From NCBI GenBank assembly GCA_020536535.1, contig JAHLWZ010000197.1, positions 64,637-128,636 of the forward strand: a stretch of DNA of 64,000 nt, in the 5' to 3' direction. Positions 27,301 to 41,000 of the stretch are shown one piece after another. This DNA comes from Pelomyxa schiedti. Its lineage: Eukaryota; Protista; Evosea. The notes beneath the pieces were generated by a model. That model ran no database searches, had not been told where the DNA came from, and worked only from the letters and a program-made list of their open reading frames with translations. The stretch's first letter is position 1. Every line of letters starts with the position of its first letter. The translations under genes and the position numbers were made by a program.

Positions 27301-30300
27301 TTTTTGCCCGGATCTCGGTGCTTTTTCCAGTGCAGGGACCACCAGTGTAACACACCACACTTGCCTTCGCGTTCTCCATGATCTGCCTTGGGTTCAGACT
27401 TGATGTCGGGATTTTAGCTTTGACTTCATCCGACACCACTGACTGTTGCTTTACGACACTGTTGAAGAAAACATCAATTCCAACACGGGAGGTGAAGATC
27501 AGGAAAGTCTTTGCTTGTGGTCTGTCTTGCATCGCCATTTTGGAGGACCACTTGTACAGTTTCTGCCTGAGCTCCTCCATCATCTCGTTCACACCCACAA
27601 TGGCAAATGTGAGGTGTGGAAAACTGTTGATGCATCGAAGAAGCCGCTTGAGGTCTGACTTGGTTGCATTCTTACCATAGAGAATCCTTGATGGATGTGG
27701 CTTCTGGAATTCAAAAATTTGAAAAAGCAAATGCAGTAGTGCGTTTGGTGTGAACCCTTCTGCAAGTTGGACAACGATGTCTTGTGAACTGTCGGATGTT
27801 GTGGTGCTTGTTGCCCCCATTGTTCCAGCTTGAACCGCCTTCAAATTGGCAACTTGAGTGACAAAGCAGCAGACAAGCTTCAACAATGAACATGGGTTCC
27901 AGATTGCACCCACACCTTCAGTCACAACTGCTGCAATTGCATCATCACCCACTGCCTCTGGTGGAGGCACTGGCACTGGCACTGGCTCTGGCTCAGGCCT
28001 CCCTCCAATGTCAACGATTGCTGACTCCAAGCATTGCAGCACTGTCTCTGGGGGAATGGTCTCCACATCTGGGAAACATGCCCACAGGTATGGACCCACA
28101 AGAGCCTGAACCTTGTGAGTGACTGACTGTGGTGGCACAGAGGAAATTTCAGCTGCCACTACTGTGAGTGCGGCACCAAATCTTGTGAGTTGTCTTCCAG
28201 AGAGGAAGTTGAGACGGGGCTGCCTGTTGTACACTTCAACCATGAGTCCCTTCCACTCCGCAAGCTGTTGCTCCAACTAGTTGATTTTGAATTTGTTGTC
28301 AGGCAAACTTTTGGGAAAGGAAAGGAGACAACCAAAGTATGTGAAGCTTGCAAAATGTCAACATTCATCAGCTCCCCCGGTTGATTAAGCATGTCTTCTT
28401 TTCCTTGGTATTGGGGATGGCCCATACTTTCCAATTCAAGGCGCATTTGGTGCATTTGCTGTTTGTTATTGTAAGTAATTGCTTGAAACAGTAGGCTCAC
28501 CTCAGCCAAAGTGAAAAGACCAACGAAGTGCGCAACATTAGTTTCATCACTTTCCTCTGGGAAAAAAAAGGGTGAAAGTTTTTTTGTTGATCAATTAAAA
28601 AATAAGGAAGAAACCTGAGCTGCTGATGAAAATTTTCATTGCTCGAATCAAATTCATCAAAAATGAGTGTGATTGGTCACTGGGACCCCCTCCTGTCTGG
28701 GGAACAACCAGAACAAGTGATTCTCCTTTTGGGTGAAGATGCAAACAACTTCTGTAACAGCCTTTCTCACGAAGAGAGGAAATGTCTATTTTTTGTTTGT
28801 GAGTGTTGCCAAATGAAAGGCTACAGATTATTGGAGAAAAGGAAAACATACAAGGCAACAACGCTTCAAGGTTCAAACTCCCTTGACGTGAGAACATCAC
28901 TTTAATTTGCGGAAGATTCTCGTGGACAGTCTTGATTGTGTGAATTATTTCTGGAACATCATTGACATCATTTCCAATCTCCGCAAGCAGTGCCTTGCAC
29001 AACTCACTGAGTGGTGTGTTGCTTTGTTCCGGTGTCCGCAGTGACTGGAACACCATCATTGGCTTACGGGATGTGACGGCACAGAGTGCAAGGTCTTGCC
29101 CAAATTTCCATCTGTAGTTTTATGGTTAAAAAAAAGAAGTGGAGGCAATCTGCAACCCCTGGGTTGAGCCTTGAACAAGGGCATGTCTTTGTTCAAATTC
29201 TGTTGCTGTAAATGTCTGATTATTGTGTTTGAAAAAGGCTGTTAAGCTTGTAAGTGTAGACAGAGCATAGTACCTGATGCCACTCCAAAACATCACCAGC
29301 AAGACTGATGGCAGAAAATAATTCCAACTGCTGTGGTTCCATATTTCCAAGCTGAAGACAGTGAGAGTGTGAAAAGAAAAGCAGCACAGAATACCTGTTG
29401 TCTCACGTTAACTAACTCCTCTGTGCAAGCTTGCAGAGAGACTTGCGTTGATGTTAGGTTGCGGTGCACGTTTTCCAGTTTTTCAGCTGTAACGGTGCAC
29501 AAAACAAATTGCTTGCAACAGTTGACAACTGCGGGAATGAATTCCAGGTATTGTATGAGAACAAGTCCTTCTTGGAGGAAATGAGCATGACTCAGCAATG
29601 TATCATCCCCCTTTTCAGAGAAGAACTTGGATCTGATAGTGTGCGTTAATTTTCCCTTACGGGTTACATGAAAACAGAGTTGCACACATAATTTGGCCCT
29701 CTTCCGTGCTTCCTTTGTTCTTCTCAGCTGCTTTTTGCAAGTCTCTTATCTGTGGTTGTGAGTGCATGTGGCATTAATTGAAACTCAGTTTGGTTGTATG
29801 CCAAACTACCAACCTGGCTAAGCCTCAAGTTTCCTTCAACAAGCTGCTGCAAGTCACGGACAACCGCACCAACGATTTCCTCCAGATCGCCAGGTGGAAT
29901 ATCCTTGTCTCCCTGTATCCAAGAATCACAACTACATAGGCGGGAAAAAAGGGGAATAAATACATAGCGCTTCTTTGTTAAATCTGTGAAGTAAACCTCA
30001 AAGAAAGCACTGCTGTTGACCAAGAAGTATCTCAACTGTTTTTGGTGGATTTCAATGACATAAGACAACACAAGGAAAGAGGTGTAAAACATACAGCATG
30101 AAATTGCTGTGTATACAAGGGAATTGACTTGCGAAACTCGGCGCAGCAGTGCTCCATGTCACACAGTGTGCCCGTTTCTCTCTGTGGTTTTTTTTAATAT
30201 GTATTTCATGTGGTGAAGGGGGTGGTACATTGACATCAAATCCCACAGGTCTGAGATGGACTCTTCCTTTTTGTTCAAGCCAATACCGCACAATCTGCAG

Positions 30301-33300
30301 GTGATGAAGCTGCTCTTTGAACTCCAGGAAGCGCTTGTAAACTTGTCTCATGTCTGGCAATGTAACATCTGGGAACAACGTTTTGCAGATTTCAACAAAT
30401 TGCAAGTATTGTGTGCTCTCAACTGTGGGTTCCTTTCTTGGTGGCGCTGATGTTGCATTGTGATGGTGGTGTGGTTGTTGCACATTTCTGCTCTGACTAC
30501 GCACTGGCGCTCCTCCACCAGGTGCTTTACTTGGTGGGTTGGGGGTGTTGCTTGGTGTCACTGGAGGTCTTCACACGTCATGGAAACACGGTAAGACGAA
30601 TTGAAGCTGACACAAATGTGAGGAAACATACAGTTGGTCACCAGCAAAATCTTTGACTTCTTGAAGCGTGACTCGATTGTCACAGATCCTGTCAACCTGT
30701 TCTCTGATGGTGTCACACAACTGTTTTTTTGGTTGTTCAGAGGCTTGTGGTAAGGCACAAAAGATGTAAAGTTAATCTCACTTGTTGACAGCCTGTTTCA
30801 TAGTTTCCGAAAAATGGGTGATCCAAATGCAAGTCCCTGAATCGCAACAAGGAAAGAACGGCTGGGGTGAGCTTCATGACTTCCTCAACTGCCATCATGC
30901 ACCTTGGGCACACACTTTCGTTCAAAACTGCAATGATAAAAGAGCTCTCTCTCTCCCGTTTCGAGAGGTTGGGGAGGTGTCGTTCGAGCCATCCTCCAAG
31001 TGCACAAAGCTGTGCTGAGATCGATTTGCCTGGTGGTGTTTCGGCACTGTTCAAGAATTGACATTTGAAGAAAAAGAAAAAAAAGTTGTGCTGTGGGGGT
31101 GACAACAGGATATATAATACCTGACAACAAGACAAGCTGGAGCCAAAAGTGAGAAAAAAGGAATTCGACAAATGATGGGATACCAAAAGTCTTGAGCATG
31201 AGAAGGAACAGTGGTGACTGACTTTGGTCAGGTTTTTCCATTTCAGCCTGGAACAAAGACTTCACGGTGTTTGGAAATTGCCTTGCAATTGGTTTCACAT
31301 CAACCTGGTTTCCTTGAGATAAAAAGAAAAAAATGGGAAGAGGAAGGGTCAACTCACATCTTTCATGATGTCTTTCAATACCATGATGTCACGATCATCC
31401 TCAAAAGAAAACAAGTTTGAGTATTCAGGGCAGTAAAGGGAAACCCGGATGAATGGAACAATGTTTCTGTGTGAATTGCATTGATAAATAGAAAGAAATG
31501 TGGGGTCAGGGCCACACTCACATGAAATTGCACCTGAATGACTTGTAGAGCAAGTCATGTAATGGGAGGAATTTAACCCTGGGATCACCAGACTGTGGAT
31601 TGAAGTTGTGTCGGGAAACAAGGAGTTGAGCATATTTGTCCAACACCCAACCAATTTGATGTGATTCCCACACAAGTGCATTCTTCTCCAGGACACTTTG
31701 GAGAAGTTTGAGTTCAAGGAACTTGGTTGGAATCCTGTTACCATTATAAGAGTGGAGAAACCAAGAAAGGGGAGAAGAATACTGCTTCAGCTCAGCAAAA
31801 GTGGAAGGTGGCGTTGTTTGGAAAAAATGAGCCACTGAGGCATCAAAAAACTTGAGAGTGTCTTCTGACAGAGTTGATCTGACAGCCTCAAGTCCATATT
31901 GGAGTGTTCTCTGGAGAGGGAGAAACAATAAAAAAGATCATGAAAAATGGTCTCCTCCTCCACATTTTTTTTTGTTTCACAAAGACAGAGAACAAACCTC
32001 CAAAAAAGGGGCAGTCAGACACTGCTTCTGTGGTCTAAGAGTGAGACATGAGGAACAGGGAAAAAAGTAGAAAGCACAAACAGATCTTCCAGACCAGCAG
32101 CCAATGTGACCCACTCCAACCAATACCACCACAGTCCCATCCTCTGTGCATTGCCAGTCTCTCCTTGTCTCAGAGAAGGGCATGTGAGGTTGAGCAAATC
32201 CTGGTAATACTTGCTCAGGTCCTGAACAAAAAAAAAGGTGGTTGGGTTGAGAACCAAGAGGATTGTGATGGGAGGAGACAAACCCGAATTCCTTCTGTGT
32301 TACCAGTGGGAATGGAAAACCCACCAGGACAAATCCAATAGATGTTTTTCACAACAAGATCACGTGTTGCCTCTGCACTTTCGCGGTCTGCACCTCTGAG
32401 TTCCCTCTCAAAAAGCTTTACAGCACCTTGCAACACACTCAGTGACACCTTGGGTGGCATCTTTGCCGAGAGTTGCTTGTAAAGAACTGGTGGTCTGAAC
32501 TCCCCCACAATTTGGGAGATGAAACATGAGAACTAAAACATATGTGCAAGCATGAAAAAATACTTGTTGAAAAAATCCACAAGAAGCATCGAAGAACTTC
32601 GTGAGAAGAATTGATCCTGGACAAAATTGTTCCATGCATACACAAGCTGTTCCCCACACAAGTTAAGCACAGAGTAAAACACGAGAAGAAAAAGGAGTCC
32701 ACCTGGTTCTCATTTTGAATCCCTTTTTGGAACTGCAGTGTCAAATGCAAGATCTGAAGCTGAAGCTCACGTTGTGGCTGTTTGTTGTGTTGTCAAGTGA
32801 GAAGTGGAAAACAAGTAAGGATAGATACAGTCAAAAATGTGCGTTGGAGAAGAGCTGAACTTGAACACCGGGAAGATAAAAGACGCAAAATGAGGTCAAA
32901 AAGAGAAGGATCATCTTGTTGAAGTACTTTCAATGACTGCCATAACGTGTAAATACAATAATAATTGTAAGAGAAAACCATACAGTCATGATCGTATCAT
33001 CTTTTGCTCTCACCATGGCCTCATCAGGTGATGGAGAATGAAAAATGGAATCACTAATTTGACTCACAACTTCATTAAGAAATTTCATCCCGGCTTCCCT
33101 GTCCTGAAGCTTCCCAACATCAAGTTCCCTGTGTGAAATAAGGAGAGGGGGAAAGTTAAGACCATTGATTTAAAAAAAGAGAGAGAAAAGAGCATGCGGA
33201 AATACGCAACTCGAGGAGCCTCAGCAGCAGGTAAATGAAAAACGGGGCGTTGTCAAACACGTAACTTCCATATCTGGAGCCGTGTCCCGGCAACATACCC

Positions 33301-33620
33301 AAATACCTCACCGCGGCCAACAACCCCCCGATGATCCACGACACGTGCTCTCCGAATTGTGGGTTGGTCTTCTCCTTGTTCCACTGGTCGAACTCGTTGA
33401 GCAACGTGATCACCTGCCGGGTGAAATTCTTGTCCAGAAGCACCGGCGCCACGAACGAGGAGTTGTGTTGCTCCTGCGGCGGAAGCGACGCGACGTACTT
33501 GCTCACCGCGTCGGGGACCACCGCCCCAAGCAACGTGTGCAGTTGCGTTGCGGCGTCGTCGGGCCCCGTTGATCCTTTGTTTCGGCCCATAAGCCTCCCT
33601 ACAAACGGGAAGTGGTCCAT
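15344..33620 (-). CDS. RNF213/mysterin-like giant AAA+ ATPase (unit A), many exons, roughly 4500-5000 aa by estimate
   Basis: RNF213-like motifs appear in the expected order: YTGGPCTGKST, LCGGTGTGKTEL, VCFIDECTST, IPLVIVGPP/GCSKTLS, VLLDEVGLPNEEKSPLKV, LDEAKTNR, FFHLRDF, LRRNFGG, VKVAMEKGETIVLVN..FYDVFNRHY, CLVHDNFRVIV, PTPLLNRFEKY. Inspected exon junctions connect ATG 33620 to the Q/P-rich last exon, but not every junction was verified. Confidence 0.9.
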
Positions 33621-33830
33621 CGTTGTGTTACGTTTCCTTTGTTTGTTTTTGTGGTTTTATTTTCGATTTGTTTTTCCTTTTTGGTTTTTGCTCGGTGTTC
33701 GGCGGGGCACTGTGTTGGTTATTCCTTCTTTTTCGTGTCCGGAAACGAAGTTGGGTGGCGGGTGTTGGTCACTTTTTTGGGCCTGTGTTCCCCCCAATTG
33801 CTCCACCTCCATTTCGATTAGAAATAGCTA

Positions 33831-35145
33831 ATGAGAGACTCTTCGGGAGGTGTGGTTCTAAACACGGGTTGCCGGCGCTGCGGTGCCGAGGGACACGTGG
33901 CCCGTGCTTGTAGTCGCCCGCGGCGTTGCGATCATTGTGGGAGAATCGGACACGTTAGGGCCTACTGCCCCGGTTCGTATTTTTGGCATCTCGTATTTGG
34001 CTTCTAATAAACACTTTTCTTTGCCGTGTTTTGTTTTGTTTTAATTATGTCGTGTTATTTTTTCTTTTTTTATTATGTATAAATATGGATGGGATGTAGA
34101 CAGACTTCATGAAATTCTGTGTCACCGTTGTGGTTTACGTGGTCATTATGCAAACGATTGTACAAGCGAGACTCCAAGTATTGGCGGTACCAACGGATCC
34201 TTGGTGTGCTGCCATTCTTGCAACAAACCAGGCCACTTCATGAAAGAATGCCCGTCTTCTGGATTGGCTATGACTCTACCTCGCCACATTTCTTCTCTTG
34301 TACAAAATTCCACCAATAGTTCTACGGCAACTCCTGGAAGTTTACGATGCTGCGACTGGTGTGGCAGGACAGGCCATGTTCAGAGGGACTGCCCATTCAG
34401 ACTGGCTGATCCCCTCGTACCGCCGAACGCTGTTTCCGCCGCTGATGTTGATGCCGTACTTCTTGGAGGAAGGCCAGTACAACCTATCGGCCGTACAACA
34501 ACATCGGAGAAACAACCCTCAAGTGTGTGGGATTCTCTTGTGGCGGATGTAATAGCGAGGAAACGTGAAGATCCATCTACTTGTCACAGTACTCCCATTG
34601 TTTCGTACCTTCAACCCGTGGAAAAGAAACCGAGAAAAGAACTTGTCAGTGCCTCTATAAGCAAATCTGTCACGAGTACAAATACAAATGGCCCAGAAGT
34701 CTGTGACAAAAAGGAGAATCACAATCCGGAAACTTCCGCCAAGTCGTGCCCAAGTCCAAACACCTCAGAAGCCCCGAGTGCAATTCCTATAGAACCCAAC
34801 ACAACTCATTCCAACTCAGCTACACCAAATACTACCGCCGCTATTCCGCTACTAACAACAAAACCATTAGATACAAACAGTAACCACGACAACATCCGAA
34901 AAAACACCCAACAACACCCACGAGTGAAAAAGAAATCAACAAACCCCACCAAAACACCAAATCCAAACAAAAACACCAAAACCAAGAATACAAAGACCAA
35001 GAAGAAAGTTGCCAACAAAATCCAGCCACCAACACCAACTACAGCCACAATAATAACAACCACAGCAACATCCAAATCAACCACAAGCACAACAACGTGT
35101 CCCAATCCACTTGAGTCCCTTTGCCTATACAACGACTCTGAGTGA
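33831..35145 (+). CDS. CCHC zinc-knuckle protein (5 knuckles; CNBP/Air-like) with low-complexity tail
   Basis: Exon 1 (33831-33972) has CRRCGAEGHVARAC and CDHCGRIGHVRAYC. Exon 2 has CHRCGLRGHYANDC, CHSCNKPGHFMKEC and CDWCGRTGHVQRDC. Confidence 0.88.
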
Positions 35146-35271
35146 ACTTTTTGTCTCCCACCGTCCTTCACGTAACCAGATTTGTGCGTGCCAAACAAAG
35201 GACCAATCAACACTTGTTTATTTTTTTGCTTTCGAACGAACACCCCAAACAAAAAAGAAAAAAACCGAAAG

Positions 35272-35959
35272 ATGACGGACTGGACTGCAAGGTTCTGCGG
35301 TTGCATGGACGACGTGCCTTCATGTATGCCTTCTACTGCGAGATCTGTGTTGGTGTTTGACGGGTGGTGTTACGATGCTTTTTTTTTATTTCTTTATAAT
35401 TTACGAGAGATCTTAGGCTTGTGCTCGTGTTTCTTGCCGTGCGTGCAATACGGCAGAAATGCGGAGCGATATGGACACGGCATCCTTGGCGAGGAGTACG
35501 TTTGCATTTGCTCTTCAATATTTACGTAACCTCGTGTCTTACAAAAAACGCAAAGGAAACTTCCAAACTGCCTTGGTTTCATGTGTTTCAGCTTTTTCGG
35601 TCTCTCTTTCATCCCCACTTTGTTGCAGAGGACTTCCATACGCACAAAATACGATATTGAGGTTTGCCCCAAAATCTCTAATAAATGCTTATCATACTAA
35701 GTGTTGGTGTTTGTTTCTTGTTTTTTTTTATGTTCCTCCCACTCCCTCTACGTACGCAACACATTCCCACAATCGCCCCCACTCAGTACTTCTCTCACAC
35801 AAAACTACAATACCCACTGACACTGATACCTGCACACAGGGAGGACCAATCAAGGACTGCCTTTCATCGTTCTGCTGCACTTGCTGCACACTCTCTCAGC
35901 ACCACAGGGAGCTCGTTAACCGTGACAAGCTGGTTCACGTCGTGCACTCGTCCTCTTGA
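35272..35959 (+). CDS. PLAC8/cornifelin-family Cys-rich protein, multi-exon
   Basis: MTDWTARFCGCMDD..CLCSCFLPCVQYGRNAE..GGPIKDCLSSFCCTCCTLSQHHREL matches both conserved PLAC8 blocks. Confidence 0.88.
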
Positions 35960-36166
35960 GTGCGTTGATACTCTGAGTGCGTTGTTATTCCAACCATTAA
36001 TGTTTGTTGTGGAAAACACATGGAATAAAGCCAAAAGAAACCCAAGCAAAAAGTTGTTTGTTTAGAAACCAGTGGTTATTGGGTGTATTTTTTTTTTAAT
36101 TTATGTGTATGTTTGTTGGGGTAGATGGTATTTACACGGTTGGGAGGAAGTAGCCGCGGCCGCTGT

Positions 36167-37435
36167 TCACTTTGCTTTGGCGTCAACGATAGAGTTGTCT
36201 TCAAAGTCCACGTCATTGGGAGTGCTGTTTGGAGCTAATGCTCGCCCGTCGTAGTGAAACTGGAGAGTTCCAAGTGGTTTCTTAACAGCCTGACTGAAAG
36301 CAGAAAAAAGTTTGGCAAACTGGGCAGTCTGAAAAGAAGTTAACGCACTAAAAGTGAGTGGAAGGGAAATTGAACCTTTGGCAGACCGTACTTGATAATG
36401 GTGTCTTCCAGCTGCACTTTGACTCTTACTATGTCTTGTTCCTTCTGAGTTGATTGCGTTAAAGCCTGTGTCGCTTCTGTGGGCTCCTCACTACTGGCGG
36501 GAACATTAACAACTGCTTCCAGTACTTGATTCGGGCTAAGTCCAAGAGACATGGGGGTATCAGTGGGTGAAACCGGTATTCCATCAACTTTGAGGGTGAG
36601 GTTAAACTCAGAAGTCCGACATTGCTTGGCGACAGTGCTTATTATCTGCTTCATTGGAGAAATCTACACCAGGTAAGACGTAGAAATAATGTAACAATCA
36701 CTAACTACCTTGAACATTTTATAGGGACGTGTGCCTATCTCCGAGTGTACTTTGATAATAATGGTTGGATCTTCCTCCTCGGACTTGTCACCTTCTTCAA
36801 CTAGCGTGCCAATAGCATTGGCTTTTTCAATAAGCTGTTTGTTGAGCCTGTAACAAGGAAATTAATTCAGCCTTTTTGTTTGTACTGCGAGGAAAATACT
36901 CGATAGATTTTAGAGCAGCATAAGCAGCATCAGTAAGTCCAGAAATGCGTTCCGAAAGTTCCCAGTTCGTAGCTGTGGGTTCGGTGAGAAAGCGTTCACA
37001 ATATTTGTTCTGTAGGTATGGGAAATACGCATGAATGAATTCTCCACATCTTCCATGGTGAAACGTTCAACTACACGTCGTTTCCAACGCCTACGCTTGG
37101 GAAGTGGTTGTAATTGTGCGGTGGTCTCCTCATGCTTTTTGTCTTCAACAGTATCCTTGCGCCGTGCAGTTTTACGTGGCACAGTGGGCTTCGTAGTGCT
37201 GGCAGTAGTACTGGACGACACAATGCTGACACCCACATCCGCCTCCGACGAAGATTCATCGTCACCAGATCCCTCGAGCCACCCTGGCGCAACTATTTTT
37301 TATTTAGTGATGGAAATGAGAAAAAGAGAAAGCGACGGGTTGCTCTCTGGGCAGGGGTTTCATAATGTCAAACGAAAACACACAATGGGCCTGCTCCAAC
37401 GCGCTTTCGGCTTCTTTGCGGATAAAGAAACTCAT
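36167..37435 (-). CDS. Rad60/Esc2/NIP45-like protein with two C-terminal SUMO-like domains
   Basis: LTLKVDGIPVSPTDTPMSLGLSPNQVLEAV and VRVKVQ..FAKLFSAF..LQFHYDGRALAPNSTPNDVDFEDNSIVDA*. Acidic/basic N-terminus. Start is uncertain. Confidence 0.78.
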
Positions 37436-38073
37436 TGCAGTGTCGGCTTTTTTTTAATTCTTTACCTCTCTTTTACTCTCTTAGACTTCATTTCCCTTTG
37501 GGATTACCATTACTAATTACCCGCCAATAAATATTAAATATTTTCTTGGTTTTTTGTTTTATTACCTCAACTGCAAATAACTTAATGCACGTGAACTACA
37601 AGCTTTGCTGTACAAATTTTCCCAATTGATAACACAACAATCAATACATCAGTGGCTATCTTCACAGGAGACAATACTACAATGTTGGTAGGGACGCCAG
37701 GTCAGTGGCTGGACTGTGCCCGCATTTCCTAAATGTTCGATGCCTCCGGCAGCACCGGCTCCTCTTCGTTTCTTCGGTGGATTCTGTTCTCCCTCCACCA
37801 GGACACCTTGGATTTACGCAACAACTCCTTGGAATGGCGACACTTACAATGCCGGTATTCAAAGCGGTAATTCTCGACTTGCTCGGGCAAGTTGAGCCTT
37901 GGCTCAGCTCCAATGTGAGAAACTCCTCGAACTTAATACATCACCCATGAGATCGATGCACTAAGATATCTCCCCTGGCACTGTTAGTTGCTCATTAAAC
38001 AAGATTTTGTTCGCGAACTACGGAAAGTTTTTGAATAAAACATTTTCCACTGAAACTCCAATATTTTAAGCTT

Positions 38074-41000
38074 TTAGGAGAGAATATTGAGGTTGTAACG
38101 GGGAGAGGAGGCAGCATCGAGGAATGAGATCAAAGCACGAGCAGCAGCAGGCACGTCACGCAGTGCCATGTTGCAATAAACAAGACTCATCACTTCATTC
38201 ACTGTGGCTTGAAGTGGTTCGAATGTGGGTGATGTCACTGAGGGAACAACGTCTGTGCCGAACCGCAGCCCGTTGTGCTGGAAGACATCTATCACAGTCT
38301 GCTTTTGCACCTCCAGAAGTGCTTGTTGAATGGTGGTGAGCAGGTCCTCCTCACGGACTGGCTGTACAGTTGCTGTTGCTGTTGTTGCTGGGGTTGTTGA
38401 CTGGTCTGGCGGCTGTGTGCTGGGTGTGGTGGCAGGCTGGGCCGAAGTCGGAGGGGATGGATTCTGTGCCCGCTGTTGTTGTTGGATGTGGGTGACGAAT
38501 GTGGTGATGACCTGGTGTGGGAGTGACAGGAGCGCACCGCAAGCGAGGAACGCCACGCGTGAGGTGGGCCGACTGTTGGGTTCCCGCTCAAGGAGCCACC
38601 CAACAAGCCCGGAGACCAAAGCGGGCGTGATTGTGGGATCGGTGTGAGGTTCGTGTGTGAGGGAGGAGCAGTCTGGGACGACGGGAGGGAGTGTGGTGTC
38701 TCGGATAAGGTTGCTGTTCACCTGGTTCTCATTGGTGAATGGATGCCAGCCGGAAACGGCTTCAAAGAGAACACACCCGACAGCCCACACGTCGTTCTTG
38801 AGAAGTGGGAATTCTCGTTCTGCTTGAATCACTTCAGGTGCCCGGTTTTGGGCATTCCCAGTGAATGTTTCGCCCTTGGGCAAAACCAGAGGGTTCCCGT
38901 CTTCGCAGAACACGGCAGTTCCGAGGTCACAGAGTGCCCAGATGTTTCCTTTGATGTGTGGCCTCTCCATCAGGAGGATGTTGTCGGGCTTGATGTCACA
39001 GTGGAACCACCCTCGCGTGTTGAGGTGATCAACCGCACACAGCACGCAAAATGCGAGCTGGAGCAAATCCTTTGCGTGGCTAAGTGGTGGGGCCTGGTTC
39101 TGAAGAGACAAAGACTGTGCTTGTGTGGGTGACACTTCAGGATGTAGTGCCTCCCCGTTACTGAGCCGAGGAAAAATGATGGATTCCAGGGTGCACCTTC
39201 CCAGTTCCATTGTCATGAATGTAGTCCGCTGGTAAACTGTAATTGCTCTACGACCCTCACGGCACCCTGACACCCAATTTCGGTTGGCATCAACGATTGT
39301 GTAGTCACCTCTCAAGCTCTCCTTGATGAGTGAGAGTGAAGTGTCACCACGGAAATGGTTGAAAACATTTGTGAAGCACCAATGTGGGTGCATCACAGCA
39401 ACTTCATATTCCCTTTCAAACTCTGTTCTCAATTGAAGGGTCCTCATTCCAGCACTGTAGTTGAACATCATTTTCAATGCAACCTCAGTTGGCGCACTGT
39501 GTGCTCCCCTACTGACACTCGACCACTTTGGGAATGCAACAGGAACTTTGCACACAGTTCCGAAGGACCCGTTGGCAATGAAGGTTGCTCTTGTCAGATC
39601 GAGATCGTTTGTTTCCACGAGTGCCATCACTCCTTTCTGGAACCCACAGAGAACTGTTTCCAGGACAGAAGCCATTGATAGGGTGTAGGCGTGTTCAAGA
39701 GCACTCTTTTGCGTATTGAGGGAATCATTCTTTTCGGCGATAAGTGCCGATTCCTGTTGGAGTACACTGTAATTCTTCTCATGTGCCTCTCTTTGCTGCT
39801 GTAGTGCTGATTCTTTTTCAAGTTCAAGCTCTTTTTTTTGTTGTTCAAGAGCCTTGTGCTTATCAGTCGACAGCACCGCCTCGTGCTTCCTCAGGGCGGC
39901 CTGGTTTTCACTGTTGAGGGCTAAAGCTTGCTGCCTCAAGGCTTGTTGCATTTCTACCTCGAGTGCCCTTCTTTGTTTGTGTAATGATGTTTCCTTTTCG
40001 ACTTCTAGTGCGGTTTTTTGTTGCTCAAGTGCAATTTTCTTCTCCATATCAAGCACAGCCTTGAGTTGAGTAAGTGCCACTTGTTTTTCATATATGAGAC
40101 TGGGAGATTGCTGCTTTTGTATGCTTAATTGGTGGTGGGTCATTTCTGTAGAGGGATCCACTTTTTCTGTCTCGAGTTCACTTTCTTCATTCAGTGGCGA
40201 TTTTTGTCGTGTCAGTGCCCTACACTCTTCAGAAACTCTCGTTTTTTCGTCCAGTGGCAAATGGGGGAGAATATCCCCAAACTGAAGAGGTGAACAGGGT
40301 ATTACTCTATCAAAAGACTAACCTGTTTCTTTACATTGTCAAGCTGTTGTCGGAAAAGTCTGAGTGACACTTGGGATGTTGTGAGGGAGTGATGTAACTC
40401 TGAAAGTTCACCAGCTGTTTTAAGGTACAAATTAAATTGCTTGCAACAGGACACAACAGCGGGAATGCATTCCAGGTATTGCATGAGAGCAAGTCCTTCT
40501 TGTATGAAAGAAGGGTAATTATGCAGCACTGAGAAGTACCCATCTCTGATGGCGTGTGGAAATTTTTCTTCAGGGGGATTATGGAAAAGAGTTACGCACA
40601 TAATTTGGGTCTCCTCGGTGCTTCCTTTGTTCTTCTCGGCTGCGGCGTGCAAGTCTTTTATCTGGTTTGATTATTAGTGTTCAGTTTATTTGTTTGTCAA
40701 TCCCACGAACCTGCCTGAGCCACAGTGTGCCATCGGTAAGTTGCTGCAAGTCGCGAACAACGTTACCAACAATTTCATCAAGATCGCCAGGTGGAACCTC
40801 CTTCTCTCCCTGTATTAATAATAGGTCGCAGCAGGTAAAAAACAAAAAGGGGGGAGGTGAGAGGGGCGGGAGGAAGAGGTACATGGTGCGTCTTTGTGTA
40901 ATCCAAGAAGTAAACCTCAAAGAAAGCACTGCTGTTGACCAAGAAGTATCTCAACTGTTTTGGGGAGTTTCCAAGTTAGAAAATACAGCACCAAAGAAAA

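Noticed and set aside
19996-28276. Treating the 1116-aa and 862-aa ORFs as separate genes, or as dynein/midasin
   Set aside because: They are bounded by splice sites, and their motifs follow RNF213 order across the exons.
33831-35145. Zinc knuckles as a retrotransposon gag
   Set aside because: Has an intron and five knuckles, with no protease, RT or integrase and no LTRs; fits a cellular CCHC protein.
37677-37950. Short overlapping ORFs between the SUMO-like gene and unit B
   Set aside because: Under 85 aa, with no clear ATG or recognisable motif.
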